A DNA stretch of 64,000 bases, taken from positions 176,514,001 through 176,578,000 of the forward strand of contig NC_042998.1 of the NCBI RefSeq assembly GCF_006345805.1. Direction: 5' to 3'. Origin of the DNA: Octopus sinensis. Lineage: Eukaryota. The notes under the pieces were generated by a model. That model was given only the letters and a program-made list of their open reading frames with translations, was not told the DNA's origin and made no database searches. Positions 52,591 through 64,000 of this stretch are shown here, piece by piece (the first letter of the stretch is position 1; every line of letters begins with the position of its first letter). The position numbers and the translations under genes were made by a program.

Positions 52591-52877
52591 ATATATATAT
52601 ATATATATATTAGAAGGTTTGGAGGTAATGTGCAGGTATTATATATTAGGAACAATAAGGTACTCAGAAATCTGGATGGTTGTACATTTACAGATTTTTA
52701 TTAATATGTCACATGTCTTTATAAATCCTATATTAGCGCTTGCATCTACTCTAGTAAATTCTTCAGATTTGAATTTGAGGGGATTCGTCTCTTTTTATAG
52801 TATTATTGAGTGTGTAGGGGTGGAGAGAGATATAGGATAGTAAAATAGGGTGAGAAATGGGGAGAAAATTAGAGAGT

Positions 52878-52969
<92 letters not shown>

Positions 52970-53354
52970 TGTGTGCTTGTGTATCTGAAAGGAGTGTCAA
53001 TGGAAAAGAGTAGGAAAGAAAGAATGAAGAGAGAAAGAAGAAAAAATGTGTTTACATCTATACAGCTGGTCAGTTCTTTCAATAGAAAGTGATGGGTTGA
53101 TTCTTGGCCTTTAAAAGTGGCAAAACCAGATGGCTACTCTAAGGGAGTCTTGTTTTGATAAAAGATATTTTTCAAAAATTTGTCTGGATATATCATCGTC
53201 ATAATCATTGTCCAGCGAGACAGAGTGTGTGTGTATGTGTGGTGTGTGTGTGTGTGTATCTGACAGGAGAGTCAATGGAAAAGAAAAGGAAAGAAAGAAG
53301 GAAGAGAGGAAGAAGAAAAAATTGTGTTTACATCTATACAGCTGTTTAGTTCAA

Positions 53355-53537
53355 ACAAGGACAGATAAATGGATTAAATCGATTACATCGACCTCAGTGC
53401 AAAACTGGTACTTCATTTATCGATCCCGAAAGGATGAAAGGCAAAGTCGACCTTGGCGGGATTTGAACTCAGAACGTAACGACAGACGAAATAAGCATTT
53501 CGCCCGCCGCGCTAACGTTTCTGCCAGCTCGCCGCCT
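53355..53537 (-). mobile_element. SINE family B
   Basis: Reverse complement of the head and central domain. Confidence 0.82.
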
Positions 53538-53699
53538 TTTCCAACTGGAAATATATGCAAGTCATCTATATATGCAAGAGGGTTATTTGTCAGATGTGTC
53601 CGTACCCATCAGTAGTTTTAATTCAACAGCTTTGTTAATGTAGTCAAAACAAGGCCAGAGTACAGAGAGGATAGTGAGCCTCTCTAGGTATAGAACTAA

Positions 53700-55560
53700 T
53701 AATAATTATCTTCTTTTATAGTAATAATGTTGTTTTCTATTTTTTACATGGTATAGTTAGTTTATTTTGTTAACATTGGGTATGTTTTTATTTACGTGGA
53801 GTATTTTTGTTTTCGCAGAGTGTGTTATATAGTCAAATGATTTTGGTAGTCATATTAGGCTACACTGAGGTTTGCTTTTTCTCTTTTTGCTGTCTTCTAT
53901 AACAGCCCGGTTTAACAGTAATTGATTTTTACAACCACTCTTTTCAGCGCTTTTTCTGTTTCATTAGAAATATATTATTGCAGCTCTAGGGGAGCAACCA
54001 GCCTGTTGTAAGAACTATTTTGCGTTGTTAGTAAATAACTTGCCCGTAATTTTTAGAATCCCTGGTATCTTTTTTTTTTTTTTTTTAACTTTGAGGATTA
54101 ATGTTGCGTTCTTCCCTAGCAAGCATCATCTTATTAAATGTTATCGCCATATATGCATAAATATTGGTAAAATGACATTTCGACCAGAATTTGTGGATCT
54201 TGTCAATCTTCAGGGCTTTTCCAGTTATTTGCAGTTTTTTTTTTATGCGTTGGTGAATCTCTTGCTTGATATTATGGGTCATGCATGCAACACTATTAGT
54301 TTAAAAAAATTTTTTTTTTTGGTCTTCCCTTCTGTGTGATTTTTTGGTCTTCCCCAGTGTGATTTTTCTTGAGCTGAATATTTTTCCCCATTCCCTTCGA
54401 GTATAAATTCCCGTTAACATCAGCATGTCATTCGGTACTGTAGACCTTTTTTTTTTAATAGACATGCAAAATCTTTTGGTGTTTAATTCAAATACCGAAT
54501 TCTCCTTAAAGAAGTACGCACGTTTTTCGAGGCATCTGCTTTTTTTTTAATGATTCACCTAAGATTTTTCATGTTATTTTATTTACTTTATTGATTTATT
54601 TATCTATTTTGTTTCTGTGTTGTCTTCTTTTTTTTTTATTGATATTACCCCTTTTAGTTCCATCCTTTATTTACCTTATGTTAGATTCCTGCTTTTCCAT
54701 TTCGTGAAGAAAGGGATTTTTTCCCCCTCTTTTTCTCAAATCCATAAAATATATTTGTGTGAAGGTGCTGCGGCAGATCCGTCTCTATCTGGTTTTCCTC
54801 AATATTTTATTGCTGAATATATTAGGCCATTCAGTTGACATCCGGGTAGTTTGTTACTTTGACAGAATTTCCTGCCGGTTCTGTTATATTTATTTATTTA
54901 CGTATTTATTTATGTTGTGCTGTTATCTGTGTGTAGCTTGAGCAGATGTTTACTTTAGATTTATGCTGGCCAACTTTGTTACGTTTGCTTTTTGTAATTT
55001 ATCTATTGTTTCTATTAAGTCGTCCTCAATGTTAACGCGGATTGATCTGTTGTAATGTGTGTGTTCATTGTTTGCTGTTACGTGTGGAGTCGAGGATATA
55101 TTGTAGTTGTGCGTGTGCCTTCTGGATTTTAGAACTTGTTTTTGCTTGTTTCTGTTTTGAATTTGCTGCAATGCATTATTTGCTTCTTGTGTGTGAGTCC
55201 TGTAGCATTTTGACCACATTTTGAAGATTTATTTTCTGTATGTTCAATCATAGCTGTTACGTCCCAGATTTGTTGTATATGATGGAATCAGTTGTGTTAA
55301 TTTCATTAATTTATGGTAAGACCATATTTTTTGTGTTGTATTTTAAAAAATTTATTACGTCAATTCTTTCTGTGGTTTGTTTTGATTCAATTTTGGAGAT
55401 TTAGTAATTATTCATTATAAATCTCCGTATATTCGCAAATGTGTTCGCAGTAATATTTTTTCACTTCCTTGTTCACTTCTCCACAGTGCAAACAACTCTT
55501 TTATAGTACCCGTTAGTGCTGAATATTGTAATGATGTGAATGTAACACTTTAAATCAGTG
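53700..55560 (-). pseudogene. Old R4/Dong-like element, N-terminal to early RT region
   Basis: A-rich coding strand; fragment IDKIHKFWSKCH...AITFNKMML resembles the PGxDxIxNFWxK...LAxxFNxIL RT domain 1; many stops. Confidence 0.4.
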
Positions 55561-55674
55561 TTTCATAATCCAGCTGTCTCATTTAAATTTGCTTATATTC
55601 TGGATGCAAGCAGTAAGAAGTAAATATGTTGTCCGGGGTCATTCAGATACGAGCACTTCTAAACCATGTATTAC

Positions 55675-55742
<68 letters not shown>

Positions 55743-55745
<3 letters not shown>

Positions 55746-56257
55746 TGAGTGAGAGAGCAGTGCATGCCATCAAAGTGACACTGGGGTAAATATACGAATC
55801 CCAGTATACCTATCATGACTACTCGTCTGATAAAGGTACACAAGGCACATGCATCACAACCATATGTGCGCGACGTGGTGATCTCATATTAAGATAAACA
55901 GCACATGACCTTGCAGGCGGGACCCAGTTAGAGTTTTCTTCAGGTCGAGTAACCCACCCCACTCAAAAGGTCCCTGAATAAGGGTTGTTTAAAGATGTTG
56001 AACAAAACACCCAAGTTTCCAGAGGTGAATTATTCAAACCCCAAAGAATTCCTCTCAACACATGCACATATCGTCAGCCACTAAGGGACATGCTCAGTTG
56101 GTTAAGGTCAAACAACTGACAAGCAAATCTATGGTATTGAGCAGAATATTTGTTGTAGCCCATCTTTTATACCAATACAAGACAATGTACATGATAACAC
56201 TTCCAATCAGTTAAGATCAGAAGCCATGAGAGCCACTGCCTAGTACTGCATCAGGGC

Positions 56258-56260
<3 letters not shown>
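55743..56260. mobile_element. Approximately 520-bp non-coding element inserted in (TTA)n, probably a non-autonomous partner of Dong-like LINEs
   Basis: Sharp boundaries with long (TTA)n on both sides and no ORF; partner relationship is inference. Confidence 0.55.
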
Positions 56261-56327
<67 letters not shown>

Positions 56328-56329
56328 TT

Positions 56330-57160
56330 TGACTTGACTGGGGTTCGGTCTTATACTTGGTAGGATTTATGTGGGTAGCGGGTTACTACCTATAATCTTA
56401 TATATCCACAAGCTTTCAATAGTCTTTCAAATACTTGATAATTTTTCCTGTCCCTAAGAGGCAAACTTTCTGTAGAGGTTCTACAGGACATTCTTTTCCA
56501 ATCTCCTTCAACCATTTGTCTATATCTTTGCTTACAGTATTTTTATAGGCACAACCATTACAATTTCCATACTCAAAATTCTTGCGATTTTAAATTTTAA
56601 GGGATAATTTTTTTCGTTTTTTTTTCTTTCTCTTTACGATCCTGGTGACAACGAGTTACCTCAAATCTCAAAAGTCCTTTTCAGGATTCTTGCAGAATTG
56701 TACTTTTCTGCAGGTCGACAATGCGGGTTTCAATTCCAGTCTATTTCAGTCTTTTAGGTAGCATTTTGGGTATTGCACCAAGTTCACCAATTACTTATGG
56801 AATAATTATTGTTTTGTAGTCTTCTACAATTTCTTCAACCCTCTGGATAGAATCTGATATTATTATTATTATTGTTGTTGTTGTTGTTGTTTTTGTTGTT
56901 GCTTTTGCACAGCTTCTAACATGGAGATGTACTAGTGTGTCAGCTGTTCACCACCAGTGAACTAAGGTAACACCTCTTATTGGTACTACTGCTACCTTTT
57001 TCATCGACCATAACTGCTTAACTTCCCAAGCTAACCTGTCATATCTCTCGACTTTTCTTTCTCTCTTATCGCATACCTCGTTGTCAGCTGGGCATGCTAT
57101 GTCTATGATCTAGCATAGTTTGTTTTCTTTCTCAATTAAGACTGTCCGGCTTCCATGATC
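56330..57160 (-). mobile_element. Cluster of three short R4/Dong-like endonuclease C-terminal fragments
   Basis: Minus translations LQKVCLLGTGKII, IVDLQKSTILQ and IACPADNEVCDKR...ERYDRLAWEVKQLW, separated by TTA/TTG repeats. Confidence 0.6.
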
Positions 57161-57854
57161 ATCATTACTATCATCATCATCATCATCAGCATCATTATTA
57201 AACTTTTTATTTATTTTTTTTTTGTCATTAGTTCAAATCCCGCCAAAATCAACTTTACTTTCATCCTTCCGGGAGCGATAAAATGCAGTGCCTGTCAAGT
57301 AGTGGGGGCCGATGATATTGACTAAAGCTTTCCTTTCAAAACTACTGGCGTCGTTCCTAAATTTGAATCCATTATCATCACCACCACCATGACGATCCTC
57401 TCCCTCCTCCTCTTCCTCCTCCTCTTCCTCTCATCATCATCATCGTTACTATTGCTATTTGTTGTTGTTGGTGGTGGTGGTAGTGTTTTTTTTTTTCGTA
57501 TCTGTTTCTAGTGAATTTATAGGGTCATATTGTCCCTGAATTGTCAGCATAATTCGATGGACAGTTATACTTTTAGACGGAGAAGAAGGAAAAATAAAAT
57601 CAATCAATAAGGACTTACTGAAACGATATGGCTGCTTGCCATGCAGGACGTCAGGGAGAATGAAATGTCCTGGGATTGACACAAACATAAAGCCATCGAT
57701 CGTGTTTTTCCCTCCCTACGCATCCCCACATCTTTACATCTACATTTATACATCTCACCCGTTCCTCCTCCTTCTTCTTTCTTTATCTCTCCCTCTCTCT
57801 TTCTGTGTATTACTCCTCCTCTTTCTCTCTCTCTTTCTATCTATCTATCGATCG

Positions 57855-57954
<100 letters not shown>

Positions 57955-58189
57955 CTCTCTATGTATATCGTTTCATCTTTCTCTTTCATGTCGTTTTTGC
58001 TTCAGTTAGTGTTGCTGTTGCTGTTGTTGTTACTGTTGTTTTTATAGTTGTTGTTTCAGGCTATGAATCATGCTGCAAGTTCGTTAATTGCATACATCAA
58101 CTATAACCTACTGGAAGTACCGACATTGACACTTCGCCCCCTACTCCACCTTCTGCTTACCGACACCAAAACAATACAAACACAGCATG

Positions 58190-58225
<36 letters not shown>

Positions 58226-58877
58226 CATTTCCTACTACCCCTACACACACATCTACGTATACGCACAAACACATGCACAAATACATAAACATATCGATAA
58301 ATGCAAATACTGTACCACAAAAACGAGCTCATAGTTCATATTTCAAAATAATAACTTTTTTCACCAGCTTCCTTAAAAAGATCTAAAGCAGATTTAAACC
58401 GAATTAGTCTTTAATCTTTTACAAAAACAATCCGAAATGTTTTCATGTGTAGAATATCTTTGAATGTCATCATCATCATCGTCGTCGTCGTAGGCGGTGG
58501 AGGCGGCGTCATTGTCGCCATCATTAGCAGCAACAGTATTTTATCATTATCAGCACCATCACAAACGGTATCATAACCACCTCGAACAACAAACAACAAT
58601 AACAACAACAAGTTAACATAATATAAACACTAACAATAACCAGCATAAATATGAACGGAATTAAATATCTTGCACTTTTCTAACGACCAAATTATAGCAA
58701 GAGGAACTAAAAGAGAAAAACGAAACTTCAATATGGAAATATTGGGAAAAAATGTTAACGTGTTTAATGGGAAAAAACACAATTTTCCAGGTACCAATTT
58801 ACACTACGCAACAATAGTCCACACAACCCATTACCATACTAAACTAAACCACAATACATGAAGTATGCATAAGAATA

Positions 58878-59895
58878 CGAGGGGGAACCGAAAAGAAACC
58901 GGAATTTTTGCAATATTATTTTCTTCGCTTAGTTTTACGTTTACACTTTTATCGCTTTCAAAGTATTCTCGATTTGAAGCAATGCTTCGCCCCAGAAATG
59001 TTTTCCATTGTTCGGAGCAGTGCTGGAACTCTTGCGAAGAGATGCTTTTTAACGCCTCCATCGTTTTTTTTTTTTGTTTTTTTTGTTTTTTTCTTCACCT
59101 CTTCGACATCAGCAAATTTCATAGCACCAGCTTCCGTCACCAGTGATGAACTTCAACAAAAGGTCCGGATCGACTTCCAACTGTTCTTTCAGTTCACGAC
59201 ATGCATTCAACCGTGACTGCTTTTCCTCTTCCGTGCGCAAGTGAGGCACAAATTTTGTTGCAACTCTTTTCATTCACGATTCCTCGCTCAAAATTTATTG
59301 GCAGAAGCTCCAGGATACACCAGTCATATCAACAGGTTCGTCAATTGTTCGGTGACAGTCCTTCAAGGTCAGTTCATGAATTATCATGATGTTTTCATTC
59401 ACTAGGGGTGGGGTGTCGACCATCGCCCTGAGCGAAATTGGTCTTCAAGCGACAAGTGATCACTCCTAAAACGTGAAAACCACCCGTAAACTTGTGTTTT
59501 GCTCAATGCAGCGTCCTTGTAAGCTGTTTGAAGCATGACAACTCTTTCGGCCGCCATTTTCCCCAGCAGAAAACAAAAGGCTTCCTTAAGAGATGCTTGC
59601 ATCTCTCCTGACACATGGGAAGGCAGAGCTATTGATCGTAGCAGGTGGAGAAAGGATTGTGCATAAGGGGACAGCCATTCTGTTTCTTCGTTTCAGCCAT
59701 CGCAAAAATCGACGAACAGGGGAGAAGCACTGCAAAGCAAAGATGCACCACGTAGCAGTACGATTTCACTGTACGATGCCTGTCGACAGACTGGTGCCTG
59801 AGGATCGCATCAAGTGGTGTCTAGCGGCGGAAGCCTGAATTACAACAGATTTGTCCCCCAGAGAACGTTTCCAGTTACTTTTGGGTACCCTCGCG
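58878..59895 (-). mobile_element. Mariner (Tc1/mariner) transposon, internally deleted and frameshifted
   Basis: Imperfect TIRs CGAGGGGGAACCGAAAAGAAACCGGAA and TTCCAGTTACTTTTGGGTACCCTCGCG with TA at each end; HTH FCFLLGK...LSKTQVYGWFSRFR...RSGR; C-terminus FADVEEVKKK...FQHCSEQWK...NREYFE. Confidence 0.9.
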
Positions 59896-60654
59896 TACAT
59901 CATACTACACAAGAATACACCACACTTCACAACACTATACACAAGAATACACCACTCTGCTGACCACATTATTGGGAATTTCTTCACATTTTGTGCGGTG
60001 AGATGAGGTTATATGATTATACAATTCACTCAGTTGGAATTCTTTGAGGAATACTCATATCGAAGCGTTTTATATCAGATTTAAATCTAAAGATTTTAAC
60101 AACTGCAGCGCTGAATTTTTTTTCTTTTTTTTTTTTGTATTTGATAAATTTGTTGCTTATTCCTGCAGAATTCTTCGGTTGTTGCAACATAGGAAAATTG
60201 CCCGACCAAATAAGTGGAAATTGATTTTTCGAATCATGGCTCAAAATGTTCCTTTCAGTATATGCCACTGGACAATTCTTGATTGTGCTTCTGGTGACAA
60301 GCATTTCATATACCCATCAGAACAGATCTTAAGAAGATATGCAATATTTATTAAAATTTTGTCATACTTAGTGAGTAATATTGAATGTCAAAAAATTAAT
60401 ATGCTTTTTTTCTAAACTGTTCTTAAATCTAAAACGTTTTGTCGTTTTATTTATAACTGCCAATGATTGCATTATCCTAAAATATATTTTTGTATTTAAA
60501 AGAGTGAAGCATAATCGTATGGCCTGGTACATCAATAGTAAATGCAAAAGCTTATCAATGCTGTAGAGATATGCTTCATAAAAAGAATACTGATGGTATC
60601 CAACGCAGATAGAGTGATATTACATACATATATATATATATATACTGTTATATA

Positions 60655-60889
60655 CGAAAATTTTCGTTGCGTCTTGCAACCTTTTCAATAGTCAAGACTA
60701 TTGAAAAGGTTGCAGACGCAACGAAAATTTTAGAAAAAAAAATAAGAAACAAGTGGAAATTTTACCGGTCAGTGTGTTAAATAATAAGGCACTAAAAGAG
60801 AATGACTCGCCCCAGACACAACAGAATATGCTTCAACACACGAACTCATATAAAGAATCTTGAAAACCAAATCCAAAAACGAAATATAG

Positions 60890-60893
<4 letters not shown>
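60655..60893. mobile_element. Second foldback copy carrying the U3-A8 hammerhead-like motif (left arm truncated)
   Basis: CTA-TTGAAAA-G-GTTGC AGAC GCAAC-GAAA-ATTT-TAG at 60698-60733; homologous to 38091-38412. Confidence 0.68.
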
Positions 60894-60947
<54 letters not shown>

Positions 60948-60984
60948 GGCTTCCTTATACTGTCTGAAGGCTTCTTAACAGCAT

Positions 60985-61260
60985 TAGGAAACAATAGGCT
61001 CAGTTCATAGGACTACGAGGAGAAAAAAAAAGCCTTGAGCATTTGGTGCGAACCAGGAAACTAAAAGGAAGAAGCCAGTGAAAGCAGAGAAAGAAGATGC
61101 TCAATGGCCTTACAAGCTGGCTTCAGAAAGATCGCCCCGTCAAACGTTCCAAGCTATTCGTGGTGCAGGAGAGCAGGGGGGGGGGTCGTGATTGTTCACG
61201 CCTGTAGACATGACACATGAGGAGCGGGATAGTTTGAATCGTAAGTGATTAAATGAAGAG
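60985..61260 (+). mobile_element. RTE-clade LINE 3' fragment
   Basis: SLEHLVRTRKLKGRSQ, KMLNGLTSWL and VVIVHACRHDT* match the RTE C-terminus. Confidence 0.7.
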
Positions 61261-61728
61261 AAATAATTAATAAACTTTCAATTAACAGTCTACTCTTGCC
61301 TTTAAACTAACTGACGCCACTACATATACCGTATTACACTAACAAAAGAAGACACAACATCTCATGGCTCAAATCAATATTCCACATCTAATTATATACA
61401 ACTGCAATATTTATTATTGTAAAAGATGCGGATGACAGGGAAGATAGAAGGCGGGACTAAGTGCATATTGGTTTCAAAGCAACTAAGTTTTCATTTTGAA
61501 TTACTGCCTGAATCGATTTCCTTTTCATCCTCTTATTGCCGATATATAAAGTAACAGTGATGTCCTAGGGAACACATTGCTCACTACACACCCAACATAA
61601 ATATTTATAGGAATGTGAAGGAATGTAAAGGAAATCGAACAATGATAATCGAAATATATCTATTGCATAAACCTCGATATTCAGAATATACATAACCAGA
61701 TATATATATATTATATATATATAATAAT

Positions 61729-61771
<43 letters not shown>

Positions 61772-61788
61772 TAGATAGATAGATAGAT

Positions 61789-62982
61789 ATGTTTCTTTAT
61801 TGCCACACAGGGCTGCACACAGATAGAACAAATTACAAGGTAGAGCTTTCTTTGAAGGTTTAAAAAAAAAAAAGGAAGGGGGAGTTTCGATCGAAAGGGG
61901 TCGTAATAAAAGGAGAGAAAGAGGACAAAAAAAAAAAGGGGGTTAAAAAAAAGGGGGAGAGGAAAAAAAAATTGATCAATAGGGATCGTTATCACAGAAA
62001 TGTCAATATGAAGTGTAAAGGGGAGGACAGGTGAGGTGTACCCGTGGAAAGAAAAGCCTACGGAAAAGACACGGTAACCTCGGTCAATGGAGTCACATGT
62101 ATATTTCTTCTTTTTTTTTTTGCAAATAAGCAACTCTCTGTTTTCAATTTCTGGGTTCATAGGATCATGCTCAAGGTGGCTTCGTCATTCATACGTGGCC
62201 ATTCTTGCTACATTCACCCATCTTTTTTTAAAACATTCGCTAGACAAAACTTGCCTCTCTACTCTCACTTTCCTTTTCAAGTGGTACTTGAAGAAGTTTG
62301 ATGAGAGATTGACCAGAGAGGAAAGTGTTTGTCTCCAATCCTTTCAGACGCGTCCACCAGATACATTCTTTCGCCATAGCCACAAGGATGATGAAAATAG
62401 CTCTTCCTTCCCGTTGAAAGGAGGGAGGCGTGACAATATTAACGATAGACTCAACTGATAACCGACTCGTCCCACACGTGACAGCAGTTGTTCGACACAA
62501 GCCCACAGGTCGGAAATTGTTGGACACTGCACGAGTGCGTGCAGAACGGTTTCGTCGCTCTGACCGCATCTCGGGCAGGTCGGCCCCGTGTTTCTCGAGC
62601 CGTGTCTGTAGAGCTTATCCGAACGGGTAGCGCTTCTCGGTAGCACTGCCAGGCCAGGGATCTCTGGAAGTTGTCCATGGGCCCTGGCCCGAAAGTCGTC
62701 CTGAACAGGCGGGTCAGGTACTCCTCGTCGACGTCCAGGTTCGCCCCGAGCTCGTCGTCGTACCTCCCCTCCACTAAACCCCTATATAATGCTTTGGTTG
62801 TGTTGAAGTCACTCAAGGTCGACCCAGGACGGCAGAGTTGCTTGAGAGCAACGAGACACTCGCGGTGCCATTCGCCCTTCTTCGGCCTCTTTTTGATCCA
62901 CGACTGCAGTTCGGTCATGGAGACGAGCTGCGGGAAAGCGTGCCTCACAAACGGCGACCACACCTGTTCACCGTCGTCTACA
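61789..62982 (-). mobile_element. 5'-truncated Tx1/L1-clade LINE (C-terminal zinc finger + 3' UTR) flanked by (GATA)n on both sides
   Basis: [16 protein letters not shown]...[25 protein letters not shown] (zf-RVT-type CCHC); 3' end AATAAAGAAACAT then (ATCT)n. Confidence 0.88.
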
Positions 62983-62987
62983 TAGAT

Positions 62988-63065
<78 letters not shown>

Positions 63066-63066
63066 G

Positions 63067-63117
<51 letters not shown>

Positions 63118-63142
63118 GGATGGATGGATGGATGGATGGATG

Positions 63143-63201
<59 letters not shown>

Positions 63202-63222
63202 GGATGGATGGATGGATGGATG

Positions 63223-63287
<65 letters not shown>

Positions 63288-63309
63288 GTAGATAGATAGA
63301 TAGACAGAC

Positions 63310-63372
<63 letters not shown>
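62983..63372. repeat. Long (GATA)n/(GATG)n microsatellite
   Basis: About 390 bp seen directly. Confidence 0.95.
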
Positions 63373-63607
63373 AAGAGAGACAGAGAGAGAGACGAGGAGA
63401 GAGAGAGAAAGTGACAGACAGACAGAGAGACAGACTGAGAGAGAGAGACAGAGAAAGTGGCAGAGAGAAAGTTATATATACATATATGTATATGTGCATG
63501 AATGTATGCATACACACATACAAGAAAACACAGACATATACACACATACATACATACATACATACATACATACATACATACATACATACATACATACATA
63601 CATGTAT

Positions 63608-63796
63608 ATCTTACGGAGATGTACTTGCATAGCAAGTGACCTGATCTGAGATCGTGTGCTGGAACGAAAACAATTGCAGCGTGGAAGGTGTTTATAAGCC
63701 ATTTAAGAAACACACAAAAGCCGTTAGATTCACTTCAACATTTAAATTTAATTTGCCAAAATATTTTCGTCGCTTTGAGACCGCGACCTGTTCACT
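63608..63796 (-). mobile_element. Single copy of the G3-C8 hammerhead-bearing repeat (5' strand of stem I truncated)
   Basis: Minus strand A-GTGAACA-G-GTCGC GGTCTCAAA GCGAC-GAAA-ATATT-T-TGGCAAA; remainder homologous to 24405-24725. Confidence 0.72.
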
Positions 63797-63819
63797 TTAA
63801 TTAAGATTTTAGTTCTTGT

Positions 63820-63990
63820 TTCTAGCAGGTTGATGCTTTTCTGCATCCTTACGCTTCGTGCTGATTTGAATTTATAGCTAAATAATGGTTTTTGCTTGCG
63901 AAGCACCTATGTTACTACTGTTGATACCATCACTTTTAAATTTTATCCACAGATGATATTAACAATAGTGACATCTTACTTCAAACCTTA
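63820..63990 (+). repeat. Hairpin-containing dispersed repeat, copy 2 of 23428-23600
   Basis: Direct homology to the reverse complement of 23428-23600. Confidence 0.7.
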
Positions 63991-64000
63991 GAGTTTGAAT

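Noticed and set aside
57620-57680. Possible 51-nt minus-strand exon ending in gtaagt, and a plus-strand CxxC-containing frame
   Set aside because: Splice-like motifs only, with no recognisable protein similarity; cannot be supported without RNA data.

Overview
Eukaryotic, microsatellite-saturated, transposon-rich DNA. The repeat inventory strongly suggests an octopus (coleoid cephalopod) genome; this is an inference, not a database result. Only one host coding exon is well supported: a 123-bp phase-0/0 exon at 14479-14601 (+) encoding one WD40 repeat, so much of the window may be intronic. The rest is three tRNA-derived SINE families, R4/Dong-like LINE pieces in (TAA)n, a Tx1/L1-like LINE in (GATA)n, CR1, RTE and Penelope-like remnants, a mariner, a hAT-like remnant, Helitron-like non-autonomous repeats and several foldback elements. 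Nearly all ORFs in the supplied track are microsatellite artefacts. The main discovery candidate is a set of about seven distinct short repeat families, each carrying a type-I hammerhead ribozyme (HHR) motif. Two families have non-canonical cores that keep the 3-8 tertiary pair by compensatory change: G3-C8 (GUGAACA) and U3-A8 (UUGAAAA). A relative of one canonical family has two junctions exactly at the predicted self-cleavage site. All folds were derived by eye and none has been tested for activity.
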